A stretch of DNA of 64,000 nucleotides from NCBI GenBank assembly GCA_963789265.1, contig CAWBKB010000001.1, forward strand, positions 1,888,001 through 1,952,000. Reading direction: 5' to 3'. A program made the translations under genes and the position numbers. This DNA comes from an uncultured delta proteobacterium. Lineage in GTDB: Bacteria; Desulfobacterota; Desulfomonilia; Desulfomonilales; Desulfomonilaceae. The notes beneath the pieces were generated by a model. That model was not told the origin of the DNA. It saw only the letters and a program-made list of their open reading frames with translations, and ran no database searches. This document shows, piece after piece, positions 21,102 to 32,356 of this stretch (position 1 is its first letter; the number at the start of each line of letters is the position of its first letter).

Positions 21102-22656
21102 TCATGGGGAATCGGTTCCCGGTGTCGGAGATGGATCGGGGTATTCTCGCTGCCGGGTCATTGAGATGCTCTGCCATTCCTTCCGGGTGCCTTGAAAAAC
21201 CATTCGCCCGTAATTCAGAGCAGCCACATGGGTAAGCCAGGAAAACAATTCGTCTTTACGATGGCTCACGTAAATCACACATGTGTCTGCACAACCGAAT
21301 TCCTCCACGATTGACAGTATCTTGTCCCTGGCGTCGGAGTCCAGCCCGGACAGCGGTTCATCCAGCAGGAGGATTCTCGGTTTGTTGACTACCGCTCTCA
21401 TGACCAAAAGCATCCTGATCTGTCCATACGACAAGGTGCGGACTTCGCGATTCTCCAACCTCTCAACGCCTAACAGTTGGAACCATGATCGAGCACTCTC
21501 AACTTGAGATTGCGCCGGCTCGTCAAATAGGCCGATGCTTCCGTATAACCCAGAAAGAACCATGTCCAAGCCGGTCTGACCGGATGCGTGCATTGCCTGG
21601 AAATCCGGTGTGACGAGGCTTATCCCATTCCGAATTTCCCAGAGACTCTGACAGTCATTGCGTCCGAATCGGCGTATGTTTCCGCCCCATACCGGTCGTA
21701 ATTCTCCCGCGATGAGCTTAAGCAGAGTAGTTTTACCTGAACCGTTCTTCCCTAATAGCGCCCAGTTTTGACCGCTGTCTATTGTCCAATTTATCCGTTC
21801 AAGAATCTTCGTGCCGTCTTGAAAGACATCCACATCTTCCATTTGAATGAGAGATTCACTCGAAATATTCTGCGGTTTCGTTTCTAAAGTTCTCCCAACT
21901 GCGACTTTGTGCTTGCTCTTCGATTTGGTAATTGAGCCGGTAGACACGTCTGAAATTCTGCCCTGGTCCAGTATTTTCCCCGATTGAAGAACCAGAGCGT
22001 GCGTAATGCTCGCGGGGATCTCGTTGACATCGTATGCAGCGCATAGAATCTGCGTTCCTTGATCTGTCACACGTTGGAGCAACCCCATCATCATATCTTT
22101 GGAGCGAGCATCCAAGCCCGTGAATATTTCGTCCAGAAAAAGAAAAATCGGCGATTGAACCATTGCTCGGGCGATCAGGATCTTCTTGGTTTCCCCCTGC
22201 GACATGGTCAGGAGGCGCCGATTCGCCAATTCTTCTATCCCCAAGGTTGCCATGACATTGCTCGCGGCCTCAAGTCCGGCCTCATCCTGATTCCCTGAAA
22301 GAATAGGAGTATCCTGAAAACCCGAACTTACTACTTCCAGGCCCAACAGATTCCACCCCATAGTCCTGTACACGTCGAGAAGCTCGGATGAAACCGAGAC
22401 CGGTTTTCTCGCGGAACCCAATGGGAGTCACCGCGGCCTGACCGTTTGTATGATAGCTGCGTCGCCCCGCTCCCGGCACGGGCCAGATATCGCCGCGAAC
22501 GAGGCTAAGAAAAGTCGATTTACCGGAAGCGTTTCCGCCTAACACCGCCCAGTTTTCACCAGCACGCCAGAGCCACGTCAAGTGAGACAAAATAGTGGAC
22601 TTGCCGATTCTGACCGACACGTCATCGAGTTCAACCAAGACTTTTGATGCTTCCAT
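21102..22656 (-). CDS. ModF-like ABC protein with two ATPase domains; +1 frameshift near 22400
   Basis: GGNASGKST and GKNGSGKTT Walker A motifs; MSQGE and LSYGQ signatures; LLLDEP. Confidence 0.85.
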
Positions 22657-22903
22657 ACTTTGCTCGCCGCAAAAAGATTTCTCTCTGGATCATGGCGTTT
22701 GAAATGAAAACTAGCGCCCACGCAGCATGATGTCAATCGTAGGTGGTGCCGGAGACGTCGGAGCTGAATATCACAAAACTCTCTGGCGGGGTTATTCCGC
22801 TTCTTCTTCTGTCAGTTCAATCGAACTTCAGGGAGATTCATTCTTGACCAGTGGAAAGGGATTTATGTAAAGTAACATTATACTGTGTGAAAAGGAAAAA
22901 CCA

Positions 22904-23854
22904 GTGGTCCGAAAGCGTGTCAGTGAAGAGGAGTCTATGTTCCGCGACTTGGCAGAACAATGCCCGGTTGGGGTTTTCCTGTTCCAAGACGGCAAGCTCA
23001 AGTACGTGAACCCGAAGCTCGCCGCCATGCACGGCTACACGGCCGACCAGTTGGTCACAATCAAACAGAAGGACCTGGTCCACCCTGACGATCTGCCGCA
23101 GCTTGATGAGCACGTACGCAAGAGACTCTCCGGCGAGCGTTCGCCGAAGGCATTCATCTTTCGGGGCCTCACAAAAGACGGTGGAACCGTCTACATTGAA
23201 AATTACGATTGCCGCCTCACGATCTCTCAAGGACATGCCGCCATCGTAGGTACCGCCATCGACGTTACGGAGCGCAGAAAGACCGAAGAGGAGCTGAGAA
23301 CGTACCGGGAGCAACTCGAAGAACTGGTTGATGAGCGGACCGAGCAGCTTCTTGGACTCAACGAGCAACTTCGGCGAGACATCCAGAAACGTGTGGAGGC
23401 AGAGAAGGCCCTAGAGATCAAGTCGCTCAATCTCGAAGAAGCGAACACCGCTCTCAAGGTCCTGCTCAAGCAGCGGGAGAATGACAAGCGGGAACTGGAG
23501 GAAAACGTCGCCTCACAAGTGAAGGAGAGAGTGCTCCGGTTCATAAGGTTGTTAAAAGAGACAAAGTTAGATGCGAACCAGACCCTTCTTGTCGATGTCG
23601 TCGAGCAAAACCTCCGCGACATTATTACCACCTTTCCCACGAGGATGAATACAGTCGGGTTTACACCGAAAGAAATGGAAGTGATCCTCCTGATCAGAGA
23701 GGGCACGACAACGAAGCAAATTGCCCAGCTTCTCCACGTCGGCATGGACGCGGTCAGCCGACACAGGTACCATATTAGGAAAAAACTGGGCCTGGACGGC
23801 AAAGGAAGCAACCTCCGGTCTTACCTTATGTCCCTCGATAGCGCCTCGCCTTAA
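22904..23854 (+). CDS. PAS domain / coiled-coil / LuxR-HTH transcriptional regulator
   Basis: YVNP...VHPDD...DVTERR; FTPKEMEVILLIREGTTTKQIAQLL...HRYHIRKKLGL. Confidence 0.9.
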   Translation: MVRKRVSEEESMFRDLAEQCPVGVFLFQDGKLKYVNPKLAAMHGYTADQLVTIKQKDLVHPDDLPQLDEHVRKRLSGERSPKAFIFRGLTKDGGTVYIENYDCRLTISQGHAAIVGTAIDVTERRKTEEELRTYREQLEELVDERTEQLLGLNEQLRRDIQKRVEAEKALEIKSLNLEEANTALKVLLKQRENDKRELEENVASQVKERVLRFIRLLKETKLDANQTLLVDVVEQNLRDIITTFPTRMNTVGFTPKEMEVILLIREGTTTKQIAQLLHVGMDAVSRHRYHIRKKLGLDGKGSNLRSYLMSLDSASP

Positions 23855-24022
23855 CGCAAGGCATCCGCTCTCGAAATCCGCCTTAGCCACACGCCACCTA
23901 CACTCTGTAATCCTTATATTGGACCACATTGATACCGATGTGGTCCAAACTTTATCGTATTCCAACCCGCTTTGCGTAGCTGTATGTACTTAGAACAAAT
24001 TCACTAGAGCGGAGGTTCTGGT

Positions 24023-25777
24023 ATGTCGGGTTACATAAGCAAGCGGTACGCGAAAAATGTCGAGAAGTGGTCACAGCCAATCTACAAGGTGAAAGTGACA
24101 AAAAATGTGAAGGTGGAAATGCGCGATGGGGTGCATATCCTCGTCGATGTATACCAGCCCGACCTGGGCGAAGCCCAAAAATTCCCTGCACTTCTAGCCA
24201 TGTCGCCGTTCGGTAAGGACGTGCAAGAGATGCAGCGCTGGCTGCCGCCACAGAAATGGTACGAGTCCCCCATGTGGGACGGCAACATGGAGGTCGGCGA
24301 CATAGACTACTTGGTGTCTCGCGGCTACGCGCTAGTGGTGGCCGACCCGAGGGGTATTGGTCACTCCGAAGGCGAGTATCTGGGGCTTCTTGGGTCGATG
24401 GGGCAAGACGGCTATGACACCGTGGAGTGGATCGCCGCTCAATCGTGGTGCAACTGTGATGTGGGCATGACGGGAATATGCATCTTCTCGGCGGCCCAAG
24501 AACTCGTAGCTGCTCTTCGACCACCGCATCTGAAAGTGATAGCCCCCTTTGAGGTCTGGGGAGATGTCTACCGGGGTCTTGCCTACCACGGGGGCATACT
24601 CTTTGCCATGCAGCACTCCGTCTACAAAGGAAAACACGAGAACGACGATGGGTGGACGCTGGGAAAAGTCACATCAATCATGAGGAGCACGAGATCAAAA
24701 GAAGAGATAGATGCCCTCGTCGAAGAGGCGGTCAAAAACCCGGACATAAAATACAACACCAAGTTCTATGCGATGCTTAAGTATCCGGAAAATGATCCGA
24801 TATTCTTCGATTTCCTGCTCAATCCGTTCGACGGGCCTTTCTGGTGGGACATGTCCCCCCACACGAAGTTTGATAAGATCGACGTCCCAGTCTATGCCGC
24901 CTCGCCCTGGTGTATCGAAATATTCCTCCTCAATATCTTTGACATGTACGAGAAGATAAAGTCTCCCATTAGGCTCTTCCTTTGGCCTCCGGGTCATGTG
25001 GAGAGACCCCACCACGAATTCCATGACGAACTGGTGAGGTGGTTCGACTACCATCTCAAAGGCATAGATACGGGAATCATGGACGAGCCGCCGATAAAAA
25101 TGTTCGTGGTTGGCGCAAATAGGTGGCGATACGAAAACGAATGGCCCTTAGCGAGGACAGAGTGGACGAAGATGTACCTCCACCCGTATGGCCGTCTGGT
25201 GCCGCAGACACTTGCAAGCGATTTCGAGCCTGACGGATTCTCTCAGGCGCCGCCCTCGGTGACGGCAAAGCTCAACGCCGTAGAGTACAGCACCTCCCCG
25301 TTCCCTCAAGACACAGAAATCACCGGTCCCGTGGCCCTTTACCTTCACGCCGAAATCGACAATACCGATACCAATTTCATGGTCGACCTTTTCGATGTGA
25401 CTCCATCAGGCGAACAGATGCCCCTGAGCAGGGGTTATCTCAAGGCGTCCCATAGGGCCCTCGATGAAGCGAGGTCGAAACCATATAAACCTTATCACCC
25501 CCACACGGGCTCAGAGCCGGTCGATCCGGGAAAAATATATGAATATGCCATCGAGCTCATGCCGCTCTCCGTCGTAATGAAAGCGGGCCACTCGTTGAAG
25601 CTGGTTATCAGAAATCAGGACGATCTGATGGACCGCTTGGGCCTCTGGGGTCTCTACCATCTGCCCCAGAGCAACACGGTAACCCACAAGATTTTTAGGG
25701 ACAAGGACCATCAATCCCATCTGCTGCTCCCATTCATTCCGGTAACGGATGGCTCTTCCTGGGTTGACGCGGAGTAA
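24023..25777 (+). CDS. CocE/NonD-family hydrolase with atypical active site
   Basis: VEMRDGVHILVDVYQP, DPRGIGHSEG, DGYDTVEWIAAQSWC, RWFDYHLKG, EWPL; nucleophile elbow reads GICIF. Confidence 0.9.
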   Translation: MSGYISKRYAKNVEKWSQPIYKVKVTKNVKVEMRDGVHILVDVYQPDLGEAQKFPALLAMSPFGKDVQEMQRWLPPQKWYESPMWDGNMEVGDIDYLVSRGYALVVADPRGIGHSEGEYLGLLGSMGQDGYDTVEWIAAQSWCNCDVGMTGICIFSAAQELVAALRPPHLKVIAPFEVWGDVYRGLAYHGGILFAMQHSVYKGKHENDDGWTLGKVTSIMRSTRSKEEIDALVEEAVKNPDIKYNTKFYAMLKYPENDPIFFDFLLNPFDGPFWWDMSPHTKFDKIDVPVYAASPWCIEIFLLNIFDMYEKIKSPIRLFLWPPGHVERPHHEFHDELVRWFDYHLKGIDTGIMDEPPIKMFVVGANRWRYENEWPLARTEWTKMYLHPYGRLVPQTLASDFEPDGFSQAPPSVTAKLNAVEYSTSPFPQDTEITGPVALYLHAEIDNTDTNFMVDLFDVTPSGEQMPLSRGYLKASHRALDEARSKPYKPYHPHTGSEPVDPGKIYEYAIELMPLSVVMKAGHSLKLVIRNQDDLMDRLGLWGLYHLPQSNTVTHKIFRDKDHQSHLLLPFIPVTDGSSWVDAE

Positions 25778-25839
25778 CAGGCTGCCAATAGAGGCGCCCG
25801 TGGCCCATCAACCGGCTACGAGCGCCCCAGGGGAGGAGG

Positions 25840-27117
25840 GTGATTATGAAGTATTCGACTCGCTTGCTTCTGCTACTCATGTTTAGTTGGGGAATGATCG
25901 GACTGGAACGCATGGTCATGGCCTTCGTCATGCCCGCCATCCAGCAGGACTTCAAGCTAAGTTACACTGAAGTGGGAGCACTGATCTCAGCATTCGGATT
26001 CGCTTGGGCCCTGGGCACCTGGTCGATGGGCAGCCTGTCCGATTACATCGGAAGGCGGCTAGTCATCGTCGTTCTCATGATCTTCGGAGGGGTCTGCAGT
26101 TGGCTCACAGGGATCGCCGGCACCTTCGTGATGCTGCTAACAATTCGCGCCATCATGGGGTTTGCGGAAGGGGGAATAGCGGGCCCCGCTTCTGCTGCCT
26201 TGGCGGAAGAGTCGCCGCCCCAGCACCGTGGAAGGAACCTGGGGTTAATGACAGGGTCCTTCGTGTTTCTGGGCGGTGCTGTTGGACCGGTGCTCAGCAC
26301 CAAGCTCATGGCCTCTTTCGGCTGGAGGCCCGTGTTCTTCATCTATGCTATACCCGCTATACTTTTGGGAATTCTCCTCTTCTTGGTCATGCGTGAACCC
26401 GCTTCGGTACAGGCTACGATAAAGGCCCGCAAAGAGGGGAAGGCCCACCGGAAAAGACTGGAGGTCGGGGCGCCAGAGATCACGTACATGGACGTCTTCA
26501 AGAATCGAAATGTGATCTTGATGATTTTCATCTGGACGGCACAGATGGTGTGGATGTGGCTCTTCACTACCTTCGGCGTGATGTTTCTGACCAAGGTTCA
26601 CCACTTGCCAGTTATGACAGTGGGTCTGGCCATGACCGGGTTCGGCGTCGGGGCCTGCCTGGGAACGTTTATCTTCGGCGCAGTGTCCGACCGGCTGGGG
26701 AGAAGAAAAGCCATCGTGCTTAGCCAGTTCGCTGGAGGGTTTCTCGGGATTATATTTGCATCTATCCAACCCGGTACTCCCTTGGTACTTATCTTCGCGT
26801 TTATACTCGCCTATTCCTTTGCATCGTCCGGGGCAGGTGGGGCGAGTTGGATCATGACCGCGGAGTCTGTGGGTTTTTCTTTGGCCGCTACTGCCATAGG
26901 GCTCGTCACTGGTGCAGGCGAACTTCTAGGTGGTGGCATCTTCCCTATCATAGGTGGGAGCCTCGCCGACTGGATGGGTCTGTCTTCGACATTGTATTTG
27001 ACAGGATTCGTTCTGATCGTTTCTGGTATTCTCGGCCTGTTCTTGAAGGAAGTGTCCTTGCAAGCCGGCACTGAGGACATTCCCGATACGGCGAGGCCGG
27101 TCGTGACCTCGACGTGA
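25840..27117 (+). CDS. MFS transporter
   Basis: About 12 hydrophobic segments; GSLSDYIGRR and GAVSDRLGRR motif A; GWRPVF. Confidence 0.92.
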   Translation: MIMKYSTRLLLLLMFSWGMIGLERMVMAFVMPAIQQDFKLSYTEVGALISAFGFAWALGTWSMGSLSDYIGRRLVIVVLMIFGGVCSWLTGIAGTFVMLLTIRAIMGFAEGGIAGPASAALAEESPPQHRGRNLGLMTGSFVFLGGAVGPVLSTKLMASFGWRPVFFIYAIPAILLGILLFLVMREPASVQATIKARKEGKAHRKRLEVGAPEITYMDVFKNRNVILMIFIWTAQMVWMWLFTTFGVMFLTKVHHLPVMTVGLAMTGFGVGACLGTFIFGAVSDRLGRRKAIVLSQFAGGFLGIIFASIQPGTPLVLIFAFILAYSFASSGAGGASWIMTAESVGFSLAATAIGLVTGAGELLGGGIFPIIGGSLADWMGLSSTLYLTGFVLIVSGILGLFLKEVSLQAGTEDIPDTARPVVTST

Positions 27118-27317
27118 CAGTGCCAGGTGGAACGCATCGAGCCTTGACGCGGTGCAGTTTGAAAGAGGCAGGAAAACACCAGAGGCGAAGGTTTGGGAAC
27201 ATCTGCCGCAAAACACCAAATCTTTGTCTTGAGAAATTCTTGGGCTGTGGACGTCTACCGTCCTGATGGAGCGCTTTGATGAAATGCTCGGGCTGATCAG
27301 AAAAGGAGATAAGTCTA

Positions 27318-27764
27318 ATGATTCCGAAGAAAATCCTTGTCTGCACTGACTTCTCGGAAAACTCACGGCAGGCGCGTGAGACCGCGGCTGACTACGCTCA
27401 AGCCTTTGGAGCGCGGATTGCCATCTTGCACGTGATTAACTCTTCAAGGCTGGGGTTCCCTGCGTTCGAGACGGCGGTTAACGTTGAGGAAGTGCTTAAG
27501 GTTGTAACTGATTCAGTTGAAAAGGGGTTTAGGACACTTGTGGATGAGTACAAAAAAATCGATGTCGGGGTGACCACCCATTCACGCGTCGGTGTGCCGG
27601 CTAACGAGATAGTTCGCTTCGCCGAGGAAGAGTCGGTGGACCTCATAGTCATGGGTACACACGGTTGGACCGGGTTCAAGCACCTGGTCCTCGGCAGCAC
27701 GGCAGAGAACGTGGTACGTACGGCCAAATGTCCTGTGCTGACGGTGAAGTCGTCATCAGACTAA
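27318..27764 (+). CDS. Universal stress protein
   Basis: KILVCTDFSENS...DLIVMGTHG...LGSTAENVVRTAKCPVLTV. Confidence 0.93.
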   Translation: MIPKKILVCTDFSENSRQARETAADYAQAFGARIAILHVINSSRLGFPAFETAVNVEEVLKVVTDSVEKGFRTLVDEYKKIDVGVTTHSRVGVPANEIVRFAEEESVDLIVMGTHGWTGFKHLVLGSTAENVVRTAKCPVLTVKSSSD

Positions 27765-28049
27765 CCTCAATGGCAGAGCTTCGCGTATGAGGTTCAGGAC
27801 GGCGCGGTAGTCTACGTATAAGCAAGCCCGTAGACTTCAGTCCCGTGCGGAAAGCGAACATGGTCGTGCGGACTGCGATCTCAAGTGTGTGTTCGTGGGC
27901 GTAAGTCAACGCAGGGTAGTTCCGCCAGCGGCGGGACTACCCTGGATCGGAGTCCGGAAAGCAGGGCAAATCGGACAAGAATTTTGCCACTTCTCATAAT
28001 CGGAAGCAAAATGGATTTCCATCAAGCGAAATGGAAACCCCATGGGCTG

Positions 28050-28373
28050 TTAGCCGTACTGCACAACATCCCAGATGCGATCTGGCGTCGGCGGCTCTTC
28101 CTCTTTTTTTTCCTCGTCATCACCCGCGGCTATGAATGTGCGAGACTCGCGGAGAACTTGAGAAACATAGCCGGCAACCCCGGTTAGCCATTCTTCGGCT
28201 TGCAAATGCTTCGACAAAACCGCGGGATGTTGGCCGGGGATTACTGCGCTCGCCGCGTCCGCGCAATACCAAGCACTAACGCCTTCAGGAGAAGAGAAGA
28301 TGGCTGTTCCGTACGCTATGATTGCGACAAAAGCTGTTATAAGTAATGCCAAGAAAATCCTTTTCATTTGCAA
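28050..28373 (-). CDS. Hypothetical exported protein
   Basis: MKRIFLALLITAFVAIIAYG signal/anchor, acidic-Pro tail, GAGAGGAG RBS. Confidence 0.6.
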   Translation of the reverse strand: MQMKRIFLALLITAFVAIIAYGTAIFSSPEGVSAWYCADAASAVIPGQHPAVLSKHLQAEEWLTGVAGYVSQVLRESRTFIAAGDDEEKKEEEPPTPDRIWDVVQYG

Positions 28374-28409
28374 GAACTCCTCTCAGAGATCGCGAAATTC
28401 TTCAATTCT

Positions 28410-30096
28410 TCAGAAGCTGAAACTCATTGTGCACTGGCCTGCGAAAATAGGATCAATGCTCCGGCCCGGATTGGTGCCCCAGTAGTTGCCGGCACCAGGG
28501 AAGTTCCAGCCGGGTACGGCTCTATCTATACAGGCATAGCTGAACCATTTCCCGGGTTGCCAGCAACCCGCGAGAAATTCAAGAGTCCATCCTTCCAACC
28601 ACTCCCAGTCCACTCCGGCATTTACCTCCCATCCCAGAGCGGTATCCGGAATATTAGGCGAACCCGCGGCCCCGTTTACTGCAAACTGGATGTTTCCGTC
28701 GTTTGCTGTGGGTACAAACTGGGCAGGCATCAAAGCGTCATTGGGGGCTATGCAGGCCCAGCCGTACCCGTTGGCGGTCCGCTCCGCCCAGAGGAAGGTC
28801 CCGAACACATTCAGGTTTGCAGCCACAGCATAATCCAGTCTCGCCCCGAGCACCCAGGCATCCCGCAAATAGCCGTCCAGAGAGAGGTTATAAGCATTGA
28901 AACCTCCTCCATAGTTGTAGCTCAGGATGAAACTGTACGGTCTGAACACATCAAAATTCCCAAGGAGAGTGTCATAGGTGGGGTGCCATACGAATGCCGC
29001 GGATTGCTTGCCGATCAAGGCCGAGTTCCTCCGGTCGGGCCCGGGGGTCCAAGCATATAGGAAAGAAAGCTTTGCCGGTCCGCAGAACACGCCCGTCTCA
29101 GCCATATAACGCCATTGCTCCGTGTCCCTCGGGTTGGGAAGGTGATTAAAAGCGCCGACCCCGGACAGCCGATCTTCCCAATACAGCCAGGCAGCCTCTG
29201 AATTGAAAAAGAACCGACCGTTGTTGTACTTTTCGTAAACCGTTCCGTGAAAATACCCCGAATCCTGACCGAAATCAGGAGCTGGCACCAGGGGCGGCAC
29301 TGGCGCGCCACGTAATTGGGCCTCCGGGCCAATGTGGTACCCCCCGTATGCTGCGAGAATACCCGCCTGAAACGGCCCGTTGTTATATACCGCGTAAGAC
29401 AGTACGTCATTGGTGATCACACCGCTCTTGTCCGCGTGATTGAAGTACGGTGCTGCAATGAGATCGTACGGATCGATGATGATGGTCTGCCCCACGCGTG
29501 CAGGTCTGTGTGAATAAAACGCGACACCGATGTCGAGCGGTCCGTAGGGAGCATTCAAAACTATGGACTCCGTCGTAAGGCCGTCGGAACCGTCATACTG
29601 TAGGCCCGTTCCGAATTTCCACCGCCTCTTACCTATTCCGAACGTGCCCCAGGGCAGGGAAGCAGTAGCCCAGAACATGGTAAATTGGGCTTCGCTGAAA
29701 GCGTTGTCGGTGCCGAGTGCGTCTTGGGTGAAATAATAGCCGGCCTGGGGAACGTTCCATTGCCCCAGGCGGAATCTACCTTGAAGCTTTATAGCCGGAT
29801 TGATATTTATCACCGGGTCGAAAACGCCATAAATGTACAGATCTACTTGCGTCCTGACCGGTGACGAGGTTTTGCGCTAATCTTGCTCCATTCCACCAGT
29901 AATTGAGATTTGCTGTTGTCGTACCGGCTCCCCTGTCGACGTTGTACGGTCCGAAAAAGCCGTTGGGACCCGACTGGTTATAGAACTCATGGGTCCACGT
30001 CAACGAGCCGGTCATCTGGAATTCCCACCCCAGAGCGGGAACAGCACCAAAAAGCACAACCGCGAACACTGCCAACACGTGCCTGACTCTAATCAT
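28410..30096 (-). CDS. Outer-membrane beta-barrel (porin-like) protein; +1 frameshift near 29837
   Basis: Signal peptide (ALG|WEF), G/Y/W/F-rich alternating strands, LGWEVNAGVDWEWLEG, C-terminal ...MSFSF. ORFs 29776 and 28410 join. Confidence 0.75.
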
Positions 30097-30595
30097 AACC
30101 CCATCCCTCCAAGTCGACCTCACTCGGTCTAATTTCATTTCATAAACAAATCACCAGAGATCTCGCGAGAGATCCCCAAACCGGAACCCTGACATGGCGA
30201 GGGCTCACAGAGTTTAAAATGCCTTTTATTAGTTGAACGTTAAACAGTATACAATAAGTGTGCCGCTGCACAAACCACAAACACAACCACGTGGAATAAT
30301 TGTCACCAATAGGCTGGTGGCCGCTATAATAGAGTCCGAGGCCGGACAACAAACCTACCTGCATGTACTATTACGTGCTGTCCCTACCTGTAGGTATGAT
30401 TTCATCTCTTGCTGAAGAGCCTGGTTTTCGACTTCCGAGCCGTTTACTCCAATCTACAGTCCGGCCGGCTAACAATTGTCAGACAGAGCCGTGGAACCAC
30501 GGCCCTCATACGTCCGGGCGTGGCACGGGATGACTGAATGGGCACCGATCATTCCCAAGCGTTTAGTTACGAGCGGTAAATGACTGTCATTGCGC

Positions 30596-30663
30596 CGTGG
30601 GGCGGACTTCCCAGTCCGCCAAATCTGAGATGAGAAACCGCAGACTGGAAAGTCTGCGCCACG
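30596..30663. repeat. REPIN-like doublet of GTGG-type REPs; degenerate copy near 30795-30860
   Basis: CGTGGGGCGGACTTCCCAGTCCGCC...GCAGACTGGAAAGTCTGCGCCACG. Confidence 0.7.
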
Positions 30664-31034
30664 AGCCAAATAGTAAGGAGTGCAATTTGATCCGTTGGAC
30701 GGGCCTCTTTCCCAGTTGGGATGCCCCGCGCGGAACGCGGAATTGCCGGGAAAAGGGAGCATCGTGCTACGAATTTGGTCCAAGCTTCGATTTTGAGACG
30801 GCCTCTTCCAGCTTGCCGTCAGCCAGTTATGAAAGAGGCAAACTGAAAAGTCTGCTCCACTTAAGCCAATGCTCACCGACCATTCGCCGAATCACCTTGA
30901 CCGACTGTCAATTTCCGTATATAAGAGACCTATCCTAAGTTTATTGCAATGTTGCCTTTCTAGCCTAGGGACCCTACTTGCCCATCTAGGGGTACTGTTG
31001 CTAATCCAGGCACCTTAGATTTTAAAGGGAGAAA

Positions 31035-32078
31035 ATGGATCATCGAGTTCGACCGCGGTTGACATCTTGGGTGCTTTTAGTAGCTGTTGTTCTTCTCCTC
31101 CCTGACCTGACCAATGCGCAGGATCTGTTCGTAAGCCGTTTGGCGGCCTTCCCCTTCTTGGGTGGCGCACCGGCCGAGCGGTTCGGCGGAGAGCCGGGAA
31201 CAACGATTAGCGCACCGCTCACTTTTTATGCCGGATGGGGAGCAGACTCAAAAGCCACCACGCTTTCCTTTAACCTTCGGCACCCAAGCTCCGGCCCATT
31301 TGCGGACGACCTGTTGTCAATAAAGAACTCTTACCCGGTTAGAGGGCTTTGGCTGGGCCACGCGGCTCAAATGAACCTTTGGGGGGGAATAGGGCTCTTT
31401 GGCGATTATTGGGTCCTTGTCCCCACTAACAAGCCGGCTGACGAGACTTTCTCCTTCACCGATGCACCGTCAGGGGGCAAAACGTGGGGCACGGACACCG
31501 CCTGGTGGTTTACAGATGCAGCCTTGACTTGCCAAACCTGTGGGCTCGGCGAGTTGCTCGCTGGTTTTCGCTATGATCGCTTCGAGACAAGCTTTAAGGA
31601 CCCGGGCAATTTTTTTGGCCCGATTGGATCGTCATCCAATACGGGTGACGTCACCATCAATTGTTACATCCCCTTTGTCGGTGTTCAAACGGACCAGGGA
31701 ACACCGGGTGGGAGCCGCCTCATGTTCAGGGTCATCGGATTCCCCTGGTTGGGGGGTGACGTGATATACCATGACTCAATCGGCAACTTCACTGTATTAA
31801 CGCAGGATAGGATTGAACTGGAAAAGGGAGTTGGGAAGGGCTATTTTCTGGAAGCCTTTGCAGAATACGGCCAAGCTGTCTTTAGCGGCGCAACCGTGAG
31901 CGTGTTTGGCAGATGGAACTTGCTGCACGGAAGTGCAAATCGAATTGACATTACCGATGTGTTTGGCGGGACGCCCCTGACCGGCGAGTACCAGTTTGCG
32001 TTTGACAGGCAATCGTGGACTCTCGGCGGCAGCTTCAGCCTCGATTTCACCATACCTTGGATAGGTGCGTGGCTTTAG
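31035..32078 (+). CDS. Exported protein, probable outer-membrane beta-barrel
   Basis: Signal peptide (TNA|QD), amphipathic strands LLAGFRYD, YFLEAFAEY, WTLGGSFSLDF. Confidence 0.65.
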   Translation: MDHRVRPRLTSWVLLVAVVLLLPDLTNAQDLFVSRLAAFPFLGGAPAERFGGEPGTTISAPLTFYAGWGADSKATTLSFNLRHPSSGPFADDLLSIKNSYPVRGLWLGHAAQMNLWGGIGLFGDYWVLVPTNKPADETFSFTDAPSGGKTWGTDTAWWFTDAALTCQTCGLGELLAGFRYDRFETSFKDPGNFFGPIGSSSNTGDVTINCYIPFVGVQTDQGTPGGSRLMFRVIGFPWLGGDVIYHDSIGNFTVLTQDRIELEKGVGKGYFLEAFAEYGQAVFSGATVSVFGRWNLLHGSANRIDITDVFGGTPLTGEYQFAFDRQSWTLGGSFSLDFTIPWIGAWL

Positions 32079-32356
32079 GCCAAATGCCCCGGCAGCCAGG
32101 CGAGCAATTACGCCCACGCTCGTAATAGCGATGAGAGGTCAAACGCCTGCTCGATGAATGGCTCAACCGAGTGGTTACTAAATTCACCAAGCCATTTCCG
32201 GCCGCGCTGTTCGAGTAATGATAGCCATTAATTTTTTATCGGAACGATAGCACTGAATATAATTATCCGCCTAAATTCTGTTGCCTTGCGATAATAGCTC
32301 GACTAACAGTCCGATAACCTCAACCGCAGAACCCTAACCGGATGTGAGGATGGACA

